Assembly: GCA_964016885.1 (NCBI GenBank)
Contig: OZ024744.1
Span: 90,954,001 to 91,018,000, forward strand
Source of the DNA: Eledone cirrhosa
Taxonomy: Eukaryota
DNA: 64,000 nt
Reading direction: 5' to 3'
A program made the position numbers and the translations under genes. Under the pieces are notes generated by a model. It was given only the letters and a program-made list of their open reading frames with translations. It was not told the origin of the DNA and did not search any database. Positions 12,983 to 24,737 of this stretch are shown here, one piece after another. The stretch's first letter is position 1. Every line of letters begins with the position of its first letter.

Positions 12983-13409
12983 TCCATAATGTGTCTCTCA
13001 ATTTTTTTTACAAATGTATGGAAAAAATTTACATTTTTTCATATGCACATGATATGAACTCCCACCAACATATTTTATCTTGCAGCTTATTTAATAAACA
13101 ACAACAACATTTATTCTTTACAAAATGGCGACAGCAAACTTAATTAAGGAAATATGTGAATGATATGAACCCGTAATATATAAAGTGATGACTGAAATGG
13201 GGTAGTATCACCTTCAATGTGATTTGAACCTGTACTGATTTTTTATCATGCCTATTGGGGAATTTTTCATAGTTATTTTTTGTTACATCCTCTGTTTTTG
13301 TTTTTTACACGCAGAAATACCCATTTGTACCGTCCTGTATTGTCCTGCACTGTCCTTAATGTCTACTTTATGTAAACCCTTGTGGTTAATAAAGAAATCA
13401 TTATTATTA

Positions 13410-13456
<47 letters not shown>

Positions 13457-13459
13457 AGC

Positions 13460-13897
13460 TCTGGGCAGTGGATTGGCAGTATCGGTAGAGGGTCGGATGC
13501 CACGCTTTGCAGCAAAGAGTTACGGCCCTTTACATTCTGAGTTCAATTTCCGCCGAGTTTAGCTTTGCCTTTCATCCTTACGGGCACAGAGGTCGATTTA
13601 ATCGACTCCCCCCCTCCCCCAGAATTGTTGGCCTTGTGCCTAAATCAGAAAACATTATTATTGGATTTGCAGAATCGTTAGGGCATTGGACAGCATGCTT
13701 TGCAAATCAGAAATGGCAGTATCGGTAGAGTGTCGGATGCCATGCTTTGCAGCATAGAGTTACGGCCCTTTATGGTGTGAGTTCAAATCCTGCCGAAGTT
13801 AACTTTGTCTTTCATCCTTATGGGGGGTCGATAAAATAAAGCACCAGTAATACACTGAGGTAATTGCTGGCCTTGTGCCAAAAGTAGGAACAATTAT
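13460..13897 (+). mobile_element. Tandem tRNA-derived SINEs with Deu/Nin-like domain
   Basis: Head gattggcagtatcggtagag, B-box-like gagttcaaatcc, and ctttcatccttatggggggtcgataaaataaagcacc. Homologous to 42758-43150. Confidence 0.75.
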
Positions 13898-13989
13898 TAA
13901 CCGCTGTCAGATACTCCATGGTCTTTATTCTAGGAGACTACCATGTAGCAAATCACTTATAAATTAAAAGGTAAAACTTATTTTGTGAA

Positions 13990-14220
13990 CATCATCATTG
14001 GTTAATGTCCATTTTTCCATGCTAGCATGGGTTAGATAGGTTGTCCCATTTGGGGCAAGTTGGGTCATGCGACTGTGTCTTGCTCACACAGAACTATTTC
14101 TGGCTTGGTTTCTAATGCTGGATGCCCTTCATAATGCCAACCACTTTTACAGTGTGTGCTGGGTATTTTTTGTCTTGACTCCTTCACAACCACTTCAGAG
14201 TGTTGGCTTGGGTGCTTTTT
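13990..14220 (-). mobile_element. RTE 3' UTR / SINE tail fragment
   Basis: ccatgctagcatgggttaga...gctggatgcccttc motif. Confidence 0.7.
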
Positions 14221-14330
14221 GGGAAGTACATATCATATGAATTTGAAATGACATATCTGATTTTGTGATTTATATATTTTTGATACTTACGTATAATACT
14301 TATATTTATCACCATTGGTGTGGATATACT

Positions 14331-14364
<34 letters not shown>

Positions 14365-14377
14365 GTGGGGATGTATG

Positions 14378-15523
14378 AAATCATCTTCATCATCACCATT
14401 TTACGTCCGCTTTTCCCTCCTTGCAAGGGTGGGACGGGTCTTATTCAGCACAGCATCTCTCCACTTCTCACGGTCCTTCGTCATCTCCACCGTGAGCTTC
14501 AGCGATCTGAGGTCTGTTCTCACCACTTCCGCCCATGTTTTTCGTGATCTACTTCTACCACGTCTTCCTTCAACTGGCATTTCCTGGCACTTCTTCACCC
14601 ATCGGTCATCCACCATGCGCATCACATGTCCATACCATCTCAGTCTCCTCTCTTGCACACTACATTCTATCCCTCTCAGACACAGTTTCTCTCTCAACAC
14701 ATTCACACTGGGTCATTCACGCACATTGACATTGCACATCCAACGGAGCATGTTTGCCTCATTTCTCTCCAGCCATCGCATATCCTCCGCAGTTGCTCCC
14801 CATGTCTCACTACCATGCAGCATCGCGCTCCTCATACAGGCATCATATAACCAGCCTTTCGTACGCAGGGAGAAACCCTTCTTCATCAGCAGAGGAAGCA
14901 GCTCCCTAAACTTCTTCCAACCCATCCTTATTCTAGATACTATGGCCTCGGAACACCCCCCTCCCATGCTAATCTGAGCTCCTAGGTACCGGAAGCTATC
15001 CACCACTTCTATAGCACCCGCCTGCATTTGAAAAATGTGTCTATCAATGCAACTTCTACTGTCTAATTTCCCTGTACATCTACTGCATACATATTTCTCC
15101 CTACCTGTTAGTTTGCCTGCTATCCCACTACATCTCTTGTGTACCCAGGATCTGCATTGTCTACATTTTATAGAATTTATGCTAGTTCCTTTTCTGCATA
15201 TCGAACATGGCCATTTCCCTGACGGAATCAGAGTTTTGTCCTCTTTTCTACTCATCAACACTTTTGTCTTAGCTAGGTTCACTCTCAGTCCTCTTAATTC
15301 CAACTGCTGTTTCCATAGCCAGAATTTATTCTCTAGCTCATCTACTGATTCCGCTATAAGAACAAGATCATCAGCATAGAGAAGTTCCCATGGACAGCCA
15401 GTCTTAAAATCCTCTGTTATGGCTTGGAGGACTATAATGAACAAGAGCGGGCTGAGGACCGAACCTTTATGTACTCCTACTTGTATCTGGAATTCCTCAC
15501 TGAACTCCATTCCTACTCTGACT
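14378..15523 (-). mobile_element. 5'-truncated RTE-clade LINE with (ATG)n tail
   Basis: RT motifs GVHKGSVLSPLLF, LLYADD and FRYLG, followed by RLRWYGHV...GR.RKTW. Tail at 14378-14400. Confidence 0.92.
14401..15520 (-). pseudogene. RTE reverse transcriptase C-terminal half with embedded PHD-type finger and one in-frame stop
   Basis: ORFs 14713-15510 and 14401-14706 are in the same frame, separated by a TGA at 14713-14715. Confidence 0.9.
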
Positions 15524-15757
15524 TTATATATTATATATTGTGAAGAAACAAAATCAGGAAGTAAAGTGTTCTAAACTGTAGTTATGATACATAGAGATTA
15601 TTTAGTGGTAAAAAAAAAACTCCCAGAGGAGCTGGACAGCAGAAAGTCTTCAGAGAAGAAACACCACCTTCAAGCTAGTGATTCTTCCCTTAATTTCTGG
15701 CTAGTTATAATGCATAGAGATTATTTACATTTAACAAGCAAAAATACAGTGAGCTAT

Positions 15758-17110
15758 ATCATCATCATCATCATCATCATCATTTAATATCTACTTTCCC
15801 TACTAGCAAAGGTTGGACGAATATACACAGACCAAGTCAGTTGTCATGTTTTGACACAAACTGAAGGGTCTTCCTAACCCCTTGTTTGGCAAGCTTTCTA
15901 TGGCTGGATGCCCTTCCTAACACCAACGACTTTACAGCATGTACTGGGTGCTTTTATTGTGTAGATCATTAACTCTAGGGAGGTTTTCATGTCTTTGACA
16001 TAACTAAAAGGGTCCTCCCAACCCTTTTCTATGTAAGCTTTCTATGGTTTGATGTCCTTCCTATCACCAAACACTTTATAGTATGTACTGGGTGCGTTTA
16101 TTGTGTAGATCACCAACACTAGAGAGTCCTCTCAACCTTTTTAGGTATGGTTTTTATATAACCATAACTATTTAGTCTCACCCTTGGAACAAAGCAACCT
16201 CCCTGGTGATGTCAGCATTATAAAATGCACTTGGTAATTTCTGAAACCTTCAACCACTAACAACATAGGATAGAGAAGTCTCATTAGTCAAGCCAATGAC
16301 CTAACAACCTCTCTAAAGCTGGTTTGCAAGATGAAATGCACCCAGTTCACTCTGTAAAGAAGTTAGTGTTAGGAGGGCACACATTTGTAAAGACAATGCA
16401 AGGAAGGGTTGAGAGGACACTTCAAACATGTCAATTCTTTAGTGTTAGAGCCACAATAAAATGGTTGGTGTTAGAAAAGGTAGAAACAGTTCCAGATTTA
16501 GGACAAATGAAACCCTGTGCTAGTTAAGTTATGAAGACCTGGGCTAGTTAAGTTATGAAGACCTGTGCTAGTTAAGTTATGAAGCCCCAAACATTTGAAA
16601 AATTCACTGTAAAAAACTTGTTGGCAGGACGATGAGCACTCCCGGCCAACAAGGCCCAGTGATTAAGAACATCAAAGAACAATGATAAATCCATCATTGG
16701 ATAGAAACCTTGCCAAACACAAGGTTGAAAGGATTGTTCAGTCATGTTAAAGAAGGAGATGTTGACACCACGATAAAATGTACCCAGGACATTCTGTAAA
16801 ATGGGTGACATTAGAAAAGGTATAGAAACTGTGCCAAACAAAAGGTTGAAAAATCTCTTCAGCCATGCCAAAGACATAATCTCTCTCTCTAGTGCTGGTG
16901 CCATGATAAAAAGCAGCCACTACATTCTGTAGAGTGGTTGGCATTATAAAAAGCATCGAACTGTATAAATCATATCAAACTGGAATATACGCAGCTGAGA
17001 TGCTACTTCCAGCCTGTCTAGGAAGACCGTAGCTACAATTAAAGTACTGACGTTGTCTATAGAAAAACCTAGCCAAGCCATGTTGACATGGAAAAGTGGA
17101 TATGATGATA
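15758..17110. mobile_element. Old, degenerate RTE-UTR/SINE fragments in both orientations
   Basis: Repeated diverged ggatgcccttcctaacaccaa and aaaatgcacccag motifs, with (CAT)n and (ATG)n tails. Confidence 0.55.
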
Positions 17111-17229
17111 AAAATATATATATATATATATATATATACATTCATATATACAAACACACATGTAATATATATTTATACACACACAAATACACACAAACAC
17201 ACGTCCCATGCCAGCCTGGAATAATGGGC

Positions 17230-17290
<61 letters not shown>

Positions 17291-17299
17291 TATATATAT

Positions 17300-17610
17300 A
17301 TAAGCTGAAGCATATAGACAATATGCCCCCACACCGTCCCACTGCAAGGTGGTCGTGGAGGTGCCACGGAAAAAAAGCACCCAGCCCACACTGTAAAGTG
17401 GATGGATGTGAAGGCGCCACGGAAAAAAGCACCCAACACTCACTGTAAATGAGGTTGGTGTTAGGAAGGGCATCCAGCTGTAGAAACCAAGTCAAAATCA
17501 GTTCCTGTATGAGCAAGGCATGGTCAGCCGACCAGACACTGCCCACAACAGGACAACCCATCTAACCCATGCTAGCGTGGAAGAACAGACGTCAAACAGT
17601 GATGTTGATA
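17300..17610 (+). mobile_element. RTE 3' UTR copy
   Basis: Reverse complement of 31683-31963, which directly follows an RTE ORF end. Confidence 0.8.
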
Positions 17611-17649
17611 TCGTTTCTGAATTTGTTGGCAACATGACCCTCCCAAAGT

Positions 17650-17878
17650 ATAATATATATATATATATATACATACATGTATGTATATATCGAGCCCTCT
17701 TTGGATTTTAGTCTTCAAATTTATTATTATTACTATATATATATATATATTCATATATATATATACATACATGTATATATATATACATATACATGTATAT
17801 ATATATATATACATGTATATATGTATACATGTATATGCATGTATATATACATATACATATATATATACATATATATAT

Positions 17879-17943
<65 letters not shown>

Positions 17944-18075
17944 CATATACACATATGTATATATATATACATATACACATATGTATATATAGATATATAT
18001 ATACATACATATATATAATAGAAAGACATATAATACATATATATTTATATGTATTATTCATATATATTATATAGT
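17650..18075. repeat. (TA)n/(TACA)n microsatellite
   Basis: Direct inspection. Confidence 0.9.
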
Positions 18076-18386
18076 TTATAAACCAAGGTTAACTTTGCCT
18101 TTCATCCTTTCGGGGGTCAATAAAAAATAAAGTACCAGTAATGCACTGGGTAATTGCTGGCCTTGTGCCTAACGCAGAAACAATTATATAGTTATAAACA
18201 TTATTATATTTAGTATAAATTATATTTATAGGGATGCATCAACTATATATATATCTATATATCTATATATATATATGTATATACACACACACACACGCAC
18301 ATGCACACACATACATACATACATACATACATACATAAGTAATGTAGAGAAAAAGACAAAAGAAAGCCATTGGTATATGCTATGTT

Positions 18387-18480
18387 GTGTGGTGTGGTGT
18401 GGTGTGGTGTGGTGTGGTGTGGTGTGGTGTGGTGTGGTGTGGTGTGGTGTGGTGTGGTGTGGTGTGGTGTGGTGTGGTGT
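18387..18480. repeat. (GTGTG)n pentanucleotide microsatellite
   Basis: Perfect gtgtg run. Confidence 0.95.
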
Positions 18481-18673
18481 ATAAGGAGAGGTGGGATGAA
18501 GTGACGTAGGGCAAGTGGGGGAAATAGGAGACATGAAATCTTGTCTGGAAGGTTTATTCAGAGAATCGGCAGAGCTGGATGATTCATCAGCAGAGATGGC
18601 TGATTCTTTAGATGGAATCAGGACACTCTGGATAGGCTGAACACTGTGGTGACTCATTGCCACAGAAGCTCTT
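18478..18673 (-). CDS. Candidate host exon encoding a Ser/Pro-rich peptide (unverified)
   Basis: Unique non-repeat sequence with acceptor-like tcctgctttag. The open frame reads RASVAMSHHSVQPIQSVLIPSKESAISADESSSSADSLNKPSRQDFMSPISPTCPTSLHPTSPY. No clear donor. Confidence 0.3.
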
Positions 18674-18855
18674 CTAAAGCAGGATGCATAGATGCATAGA
18701 TGCATAGATGCATAGATGCATAAATAGTTGGGTGACACAGTCAGTCTCTCAGTCTCTATCTCTACCTTTCTCTTTCTGTCTGTCTCCCTCTACCCAGTCT
18801 CTGTCCCTCTCACCGTCTCTCCATCCCTTGCTCTTCTTCTCAGTTTCTATGTCTT

Positions 18856-18919
<64 letters not shown>

Positions 18920-18971
18920 GGAAATATCATTGTGAAGCTTGGTGCAATAGGACTGGCATCAAGCAATAACA

Positions 18972-19434
18972 AACCACCACCACTGCTACTACTGCTACTG
19001 CTGCTCTTGCTACTACTACTACTACTACTGTTATTACTACAACTGTTACTACTACTACTACTACTACTACTGTTTTTACTACAACTGTTACTATTATTAC
19101 TACTGCTGTTACTACTACTACTGCTAGTACTATGACTACTACTACTATTACTGTTTCTACTACCACTACTACTACTATTACTGCTGCTGCTACTACAACT
19201 ACTACTAGTAGTAGTAGTAGTACTACTGCTGCTACTGCTACTACTCCTAATGCTGCTGCTGCTGCTGCTGCCGCTACTACTACTACAACTACCACCACCA
19301 CCACCACTACTACTACTACAACCACCACCACCACCACCACCACTACTACTACAACAACCACCACTACCACCACCACCACCACCACCACCACCACCACTAC
19401 TACAACCACCACCACTACTACTACAACCACCATC

Positions 19435-19478
<44 letters not shown>

Positions 19479-19515
19479 CACTACTACTACTACCACTACT
19501 ACTACTACTACTACA
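18972..19515. repeat. (ACT/ACC/GCT)n compound trinucleotide microsatellite
   Basis: Direct inspection. Confidence 0.95.
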
Positions 19516-19814
19516 ATGAGGGTACATCCATGTGGTTGTTCTGCCTACCAGAAATAATAGCAAATTCCCTCCTCTCAAATCACATACCCTTATGTTTAAA
19601 AGACAAAGATACAAAAAGTAATTTAGCCCCTGATATATACCAACAAAGATGTTGTGACTTATACCTAGAATCTCGAGTCCTTAGCTACTGAGGTATATGA
19701 TAAATACATGTATACATATATTTATATATATATTTATCAATGACGGTGCCCCAGCATGGCCTCAGCCTGTCAGCTGGAACATGTAATAGAGTAATTTAGT
19801 ATATGATAATTTTA

Positions 19815-19868
<54 letters not shown>

Positions 19869-19954
19869 CAGCAGGCAAAAGCGGATGTAACATGATGATG
19901 ATGAAATATGTATATATTCATATTTATATATACATACAGTATATGATAAATATA

Positions 19955-20002
<48 letters not shown>

Positions 20003-20099
20003 GATACATACATACTATATGATAAATTTACATCTGTATATATATATTTATATATATACGATATTAAACAAATGGAAACTATATTTATAAAACCATATT

Positions 20100-20165
20100 T
20101 ATTTCATTATACATATTTCGGGGATACCATATTAAAAATATGGCATGCCTTCTTCAGATAAAATA
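20100..20165 (-). ncRNA. Minimal type I hammerhead ribozyme in a Penelope-like terminal fragment (20055-20215)
   Basis: The minus strand reads tattttat CTGAAGA a-ggcatgccatatt-ttt-aatatggtatccc-c GAAA t atgt a TA atgaaata. Near-identical to the arms at 38502-38841. Confidence 0.75.
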
Positions 20166-20264
20166 CAATATATAAACAGTTTTATAAATAATTTTGACGT
20201 ACCATAAATATTGAGCAACCTTTATGTAAGAAGCTGGTTTGGTAGTGAGATGTTTATAAATATT

Positions 20265-22027
20265 TAGAAATAGTGGACACCTTCCGTTACCTGGGTGACA
20301 AAATCAGCAGTGGGGGAGGCTGCTCTGAAAGTACAGTAGCTAGAGTCAGAACTGGATGGAAAAAGTTCAGAGAGCTTATACCACTATTAGCCGCTAAAGG
20401 GTTCTCTCTAAAAATGAAAGGCAGGCTGTATGATGCCTGCATATGAACAGCAATGTTACATGGTAATGAGACCTGGGCATTGTGTGCAGAGGATATACGC
20501 AGACTGGAGAGGAACGAAGCTTGCATGCTCCGCTGGTTGTGTAATAGTAATATACGTGAACGGCAAAGCATAAACGAACTAAGGAAAAAATTAGAAATAA
20601 GAGCGATCAGATGTTGTTTACTCAAGAGAAGGCTACGTTGGTATGGTCACGTGATGCGCATGAAAGACGACAGCTGTATAAAGAAGTGCAGGGCAATAAA
20701 GATAGATGGTAGCCACGGAGTAGGCAGACCCAGAAAAACCTGGGACGAGCTGATAAATTCCGACCTCACACACTTACACCTCTCCAAGACAATGTCACTG
20801 GACCGAGACCTTTGGCGGTACTCAGTAACAGAGAAGACCCGCCTTACCTAAATACAAAGTAAAACCTACTACAGTCAGTAGGCATCTCTAACAAAATACA
20901 CCCCCGTCCCACCACCCCCACCCCATCCACTCCACCCCTTTCAATGCAAAGTTGTGTTGGTGCCACAACATCCAGGCCGAAACAAATGAGATCGTGTAGG
21001 TGTCACGACAAAAAAACACACAGTCCACGCTGTAATGTGGCCGTGTAGGCAACATGGTAAAAACCTCCCAGTCCCACACTGTAAATGTGGTTGGTGTTAG
21101 GAAGGGCATCCAGCTGTAGAAAACCCGCCAGACAGTCCACGCTGTAATGTGGCCGTGTAGGTAACACGGTAAAAACCTCCCAGCCCCACACTGTAAATGT
21201 GGTTGGTGTTAGGAAGGGCATCCAGCTGTAGAAAACCCGCCAGACAGTCCACGCTGTAATGTGGCCGTGTAGGCAACACGGTAAAAACCTCCCAGTCCCA
21301 CACTGTAAATGTGGTTGGTGTTAGGAAGGGCATCCAACTGTAGAAAACCCGCCAGACAGTCCACGCTGTAATGTGGCCGTGTAGGTAACACGGTAAAAAC
21401 CTCCCAGCCCCACACTGTAAATGTGGTTGGTGTTAGGAAGGGCATCCAGCTGTAGAAAACCCGCCAGACAGTCCACGCTGTAATGTGGCCGTGTAGGTAA
21501 CACGGTAAAAACCTCCCAGCCCCACACTGTAAATGTGGTTGGTGTTAGGAAGGGCATCCAGCTGTAGAAAACCCGCCAGACAGTCCACGCTGTAATGTGG
21601 CCGTGTAGGTAACACGGTAAAAACCTCCCAGCCCCACACTGTAAATGTGGTTGGTGTTAGGAAGGGCATCCAGCTGTAGAAAACCCGCCAGACAGTCCAC
21701 GCTGTAATGTGGCCGTGTAGGCAACACGGTAAAAACCTCCCAGCCCCACACTGTAAATGTGGTTGGTGTTAGGAAGGGCATCCAGCTGTAGAAAACCCGC
21801 CAGACAGTCCACGCTGTAATGTGGCCGTGTAGGCAACACGGTAAAAACCTCCCAGCCCCACACTGTAAATGTGGTTGGTGTTAGGAAGGGCATCCAACTG
21901 TAGAAAACCTGCCAGACAGTCCTATGCGAGCAAGACAACCACTCTTGCCTCAAGTGGGAAAACCCCCGTCCAAACCCATGCAAGCGTGGAACATGGACGT
22001 TAAACGATGATGATGATGATGATGATA
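20265..22027 (+). mobile_element. 5'-truncated RTE LINE (post-RT ORF to 20851 plus expanded 3' UTR and (ATG)n tail)
   Basis: EIVDTFRYLGD...GWKKFREL...MLHGNETW...RLRWYGHV...GRPRKTW, with an in-frame TGA near 20444. Confidence 0.92.
21021..21916 (+). repeat. 112-bp tandem repeat, 8 copies, inside the RTE 3' UTR
   Basis: cagtccacgctgtaat starts at 21021, 21133, 21245, 21357, 21469, 21581, 21693 and 21805. Confidence 0.95.
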
Positions 22028-22167
22028 TAGGAGGATAAAGATCCCATAACTCCTTGTGGAGTCATAGAGACACCGTCATATGGTGTGTCTAGGGTTTATT
22101 GAAACCTGGTGGAGCCCAACCTTCTCCAGGTCTGAACTCAGCCAATTTTTTTCTATAGAGGAAGAAT

Positions 22168-22327
22168 CAACACCAGTACTTGACTGGTACTTTTTTTTAT
22201 CAACGTCGAAAGGTTGAAAGGATAAATTGACAACGGTGGCATTTGAACTCAGAGCGCACAATGAGATGGAACGAATACTGTAAATCATTCTATCCAATGT
22301 CTTAATAACTCTGCCAATTCGCCGCCA
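22168..22327 (-). mobile_element. tRNA-derived SINE (Deu/Nin-like), degenerate
   Basis: The reverse complement reads tggcggcgaattggcagag...ctgagttcaaatgccaccg...ctttcaacctt...gataaaaaaaagtaccag. Confidence 0.7.
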
Positions 22328-22359
22328 TATATATATATATATATATGGCGGCAAATATA

Positions 22360-22550
22360 TGACTCTTTTCCTATATATATATAGGAAAAGAGTCAGGACC
22401 CCGACAGCAGAGCTCAAGCCGAGCCGTCGAAACGGCTTGAGCTCTGCCCTTCGGGTCCTGACTCTTTTCCTATTACCCACTCTACCCAAAGTATCGAGTA
22501 CTCTGGTGAGTTATGGTCCACCTGGTTCCTTACCACACTTCCTTCATTTT
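22360..22550. other. Fold-back element with nested palindromes; right flank related to 880-925
   Basis: ataggaaaagagtcaggaccc...gcagagctcaagccg pairs with cggcttgagctctgc...gggtcctgactcttttcctat (22381-22473). aagtatcgagtactctggtgagttatg is shared (inverted) with 893-919. Confidence 0.7.
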
Positions 22551-22551
22551 A

Positions 22552-22592
<41 letters not shown>

Positions 22593-23295
22593 GTTCAATT
22601 CACCTATTTCTCTGTATAATGCAAAAAAAAAAAAAAATTATTTACAAGAAAATACATAAATTTCATGTTTACATGTCTAGATACCCAATGTGGAAATTGG
22701 TGCTAGAAAAAGGAAAAGTACCCAGTCCACTCTGTAAGGGTGTGGTACTGTTGGCACAACAAAAAGCACTCAGTCCACCCAGTAAAGTGGTTGTACTGTT
22801 GCCACAACAAAAAACACCCAGTCCACCGTGTAAGGTAATAGCGTTGGTACCATGATAAAAGAATGCACCCAGTCCCCCCCCCCCCCCCCCGTATAAGGTG
22901 GTCATGCTGGAGCCATGATAAAAAAATGCATCCAGTCAATCCTGTGAGGTAGTTGAGCTGGGAACATGATAAAAACCACCCAGTCCACCCTGTAATGTAG
23001 TTGGCATTAAGAAAAGCATCCAGCTATAGAAAACCAAACTAAAAATGGAACGCATGTCCTTCGCATTCTTTCTGCTAGAAATTACAACCAGCAATTGGAA
23101 AGACCAATGGAAACATTTGTTTATTTGGTCCAATCTGACTAGTTCCACCACACTCAGTAAGCAAATGAGGCCTGGGATCTTGTCAATCTCCTCCCATACA
23201 CGCAACAACAACAACAAAAAAATCCTTTAAAAATGTATTTTAAAACTATAGGCTTCTAATGTTTTTCGTTAGAAATATCGTAATGGAAGGCTTAA

Positions 23296-23579
23296 CTCTT
23301 TAGCATTTACATTACTCTATATATACTATTATATTTTTTTAACAGAAGAAGGTGGGAGAATTTTGCCCGGTTTAAATCAGGCATGTCAAACTGAGGGTCC
23401 CCGAGGGCCACATATGTGTTGTCTGAGGGTTGCACACAATAACTAATTGCGCACATTAATTTTTTTAATTTTATATTACGAAGCTAAAACATGCTTGCGC
23501 TGTAAAAACCTTTGTGCGAGATGCAGGTGTGCTTGTAAAGAGCTGCATGTTTGACATGCATGGTTTAAATGCTAAAGGG
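23296..23579. mobile_element. TTAA-flanked MITE (same family as 11776-11984)
   Basis: TTAA|ctctttagcattt ... aaatgctaaaggg|TTAA. Confidence 0.75.
23378..23562. mobile_element. hAT-type MITE nested in the TTAA MITE
   Basis: TIRs caggcatgtcaaac / gtttgacatgcatg, with a perfect 8-bp TSD gtttaaat at 23370-23377 and 23563-23570. Confidence 0.85.
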
Positions 23580-23828
23580 TTAATAATGGTATTCGACATG
23601 ACGTCTCATTTGGAATTGGATGAGAGTGTTCAACATTTGAATTTAAGGTTATATTTTTATTGACAGGAAAGGCAGTTATGTTTCACTTATAAATTATATT
23701 ATATATGTAAATCATCACCATCATCATCACCACTTAACATCCATTTTTGCATGTTAGCATATATATATGTATATCGTACACAATTCATTCTCTAATATTT
23801 TTGGAAGTGAAAAGATCACTAATTTCTC

Positions 23829-23910
23829 AACAACTACTGAGGAGCAGAGAAACGTGAGAACTTCACTTAATAAGTCGTTGCGAAACAGTCTCCAATACTG
23901 TCTAGTTGTT
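23829..23910 (+). ncRNA. Type I hammerhead ribozyme with full stem III and GUC cleavage triplet
   Basis: aacaacta CTGAGGA gcag...ttgc GAAA cagt-ctccaat-actg TC tagttgtt. Stem I is a perfect 8 bp and all core nucleotides are present. Confidence 0.82.
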
Positions 23911-24119
23911 ACCAGGCGCTTTTCCCAATATAGGTCTGTTATTTTTCTTTATTTTTCTTAATTTAATATTTAAAGTTGAGAATAACAAACCATATTGCTA
24001 TAGTTAGTATTTTTTCACCCTAGAAAATTTGGCCCTTACGATTCGAACACATGTATGTTTATATTAGTGTTCATCTCTCTTGTTTATTCAATTATATATG
24101 TGTATCTATATATATATAT

Positions 24120-24675
24120 CTATAAATGGAAAAGAATGAAACAAAATTTCATTTCTCATTCACATACATATATGTATGTACGTATACATACTGATATTTA
24201 AGTATCAGCCGTACTAAGAGTGAGAAATTAAATTTTGTTTCATTCTTTTCCATTTATCGTTTTCGGTACACCCGGCTGACTAACTCACTTGATATGCAAA
24301 TTAGGCTGCTCAGCCGTTAATATGCATAAGGAAAGTATATGCTTTCAAACGTTCAATCATCTGACAGGAAGGTATACGATGCTGATGATAGCTAATAAGC
24401 TTGAAACATCGTTCCTTTGTCAGTGTTGAACAAAAGGGCAACGATGGTTGCCAAACACTGTATGGCTTAATTCGGGCTGTTTGTTTACAAACAAACCGAA
24501 CATTATAATAAATGTTTGGTAATATATATATATATGTGTGTGCATGTATGTATATAGATACATACTAATGTATGTCTGTATACATATATGTATGTATGTA
24601 CGTATACATACTGATATTTAAGTATCAGCCGTACTAAGAGTGAGAAATGAAATTTCGTTTCATTCTTTTCCACAT
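24120..24675. mobile_element. Penelope-like remnant with direct terminal repeats and inverted tail
   Basis: 24163-24252 is repeated at 24583-24672, and 24122-24157 is inverted against about 24220-24257. A hammerhead relic lies at 24376-24412. Confidence 0.55.
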
Positions 24676-24737
24676 ATATATATATATACACATACATATA
24701 TATATATATATATCTATATACATATATATATATATGT

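Noticed and set aside
14315-15379. + strand ORFs of 114-220 aa
   Set aside because: They are antisense shadows of the RTE ORF.
20888-21983. Series of 72-108 aa ORFs MPFLTPTTF...
   Set aside because: They are a by-product of the 112-bp tandem repeat on the antisense strand of an RTE UTR.
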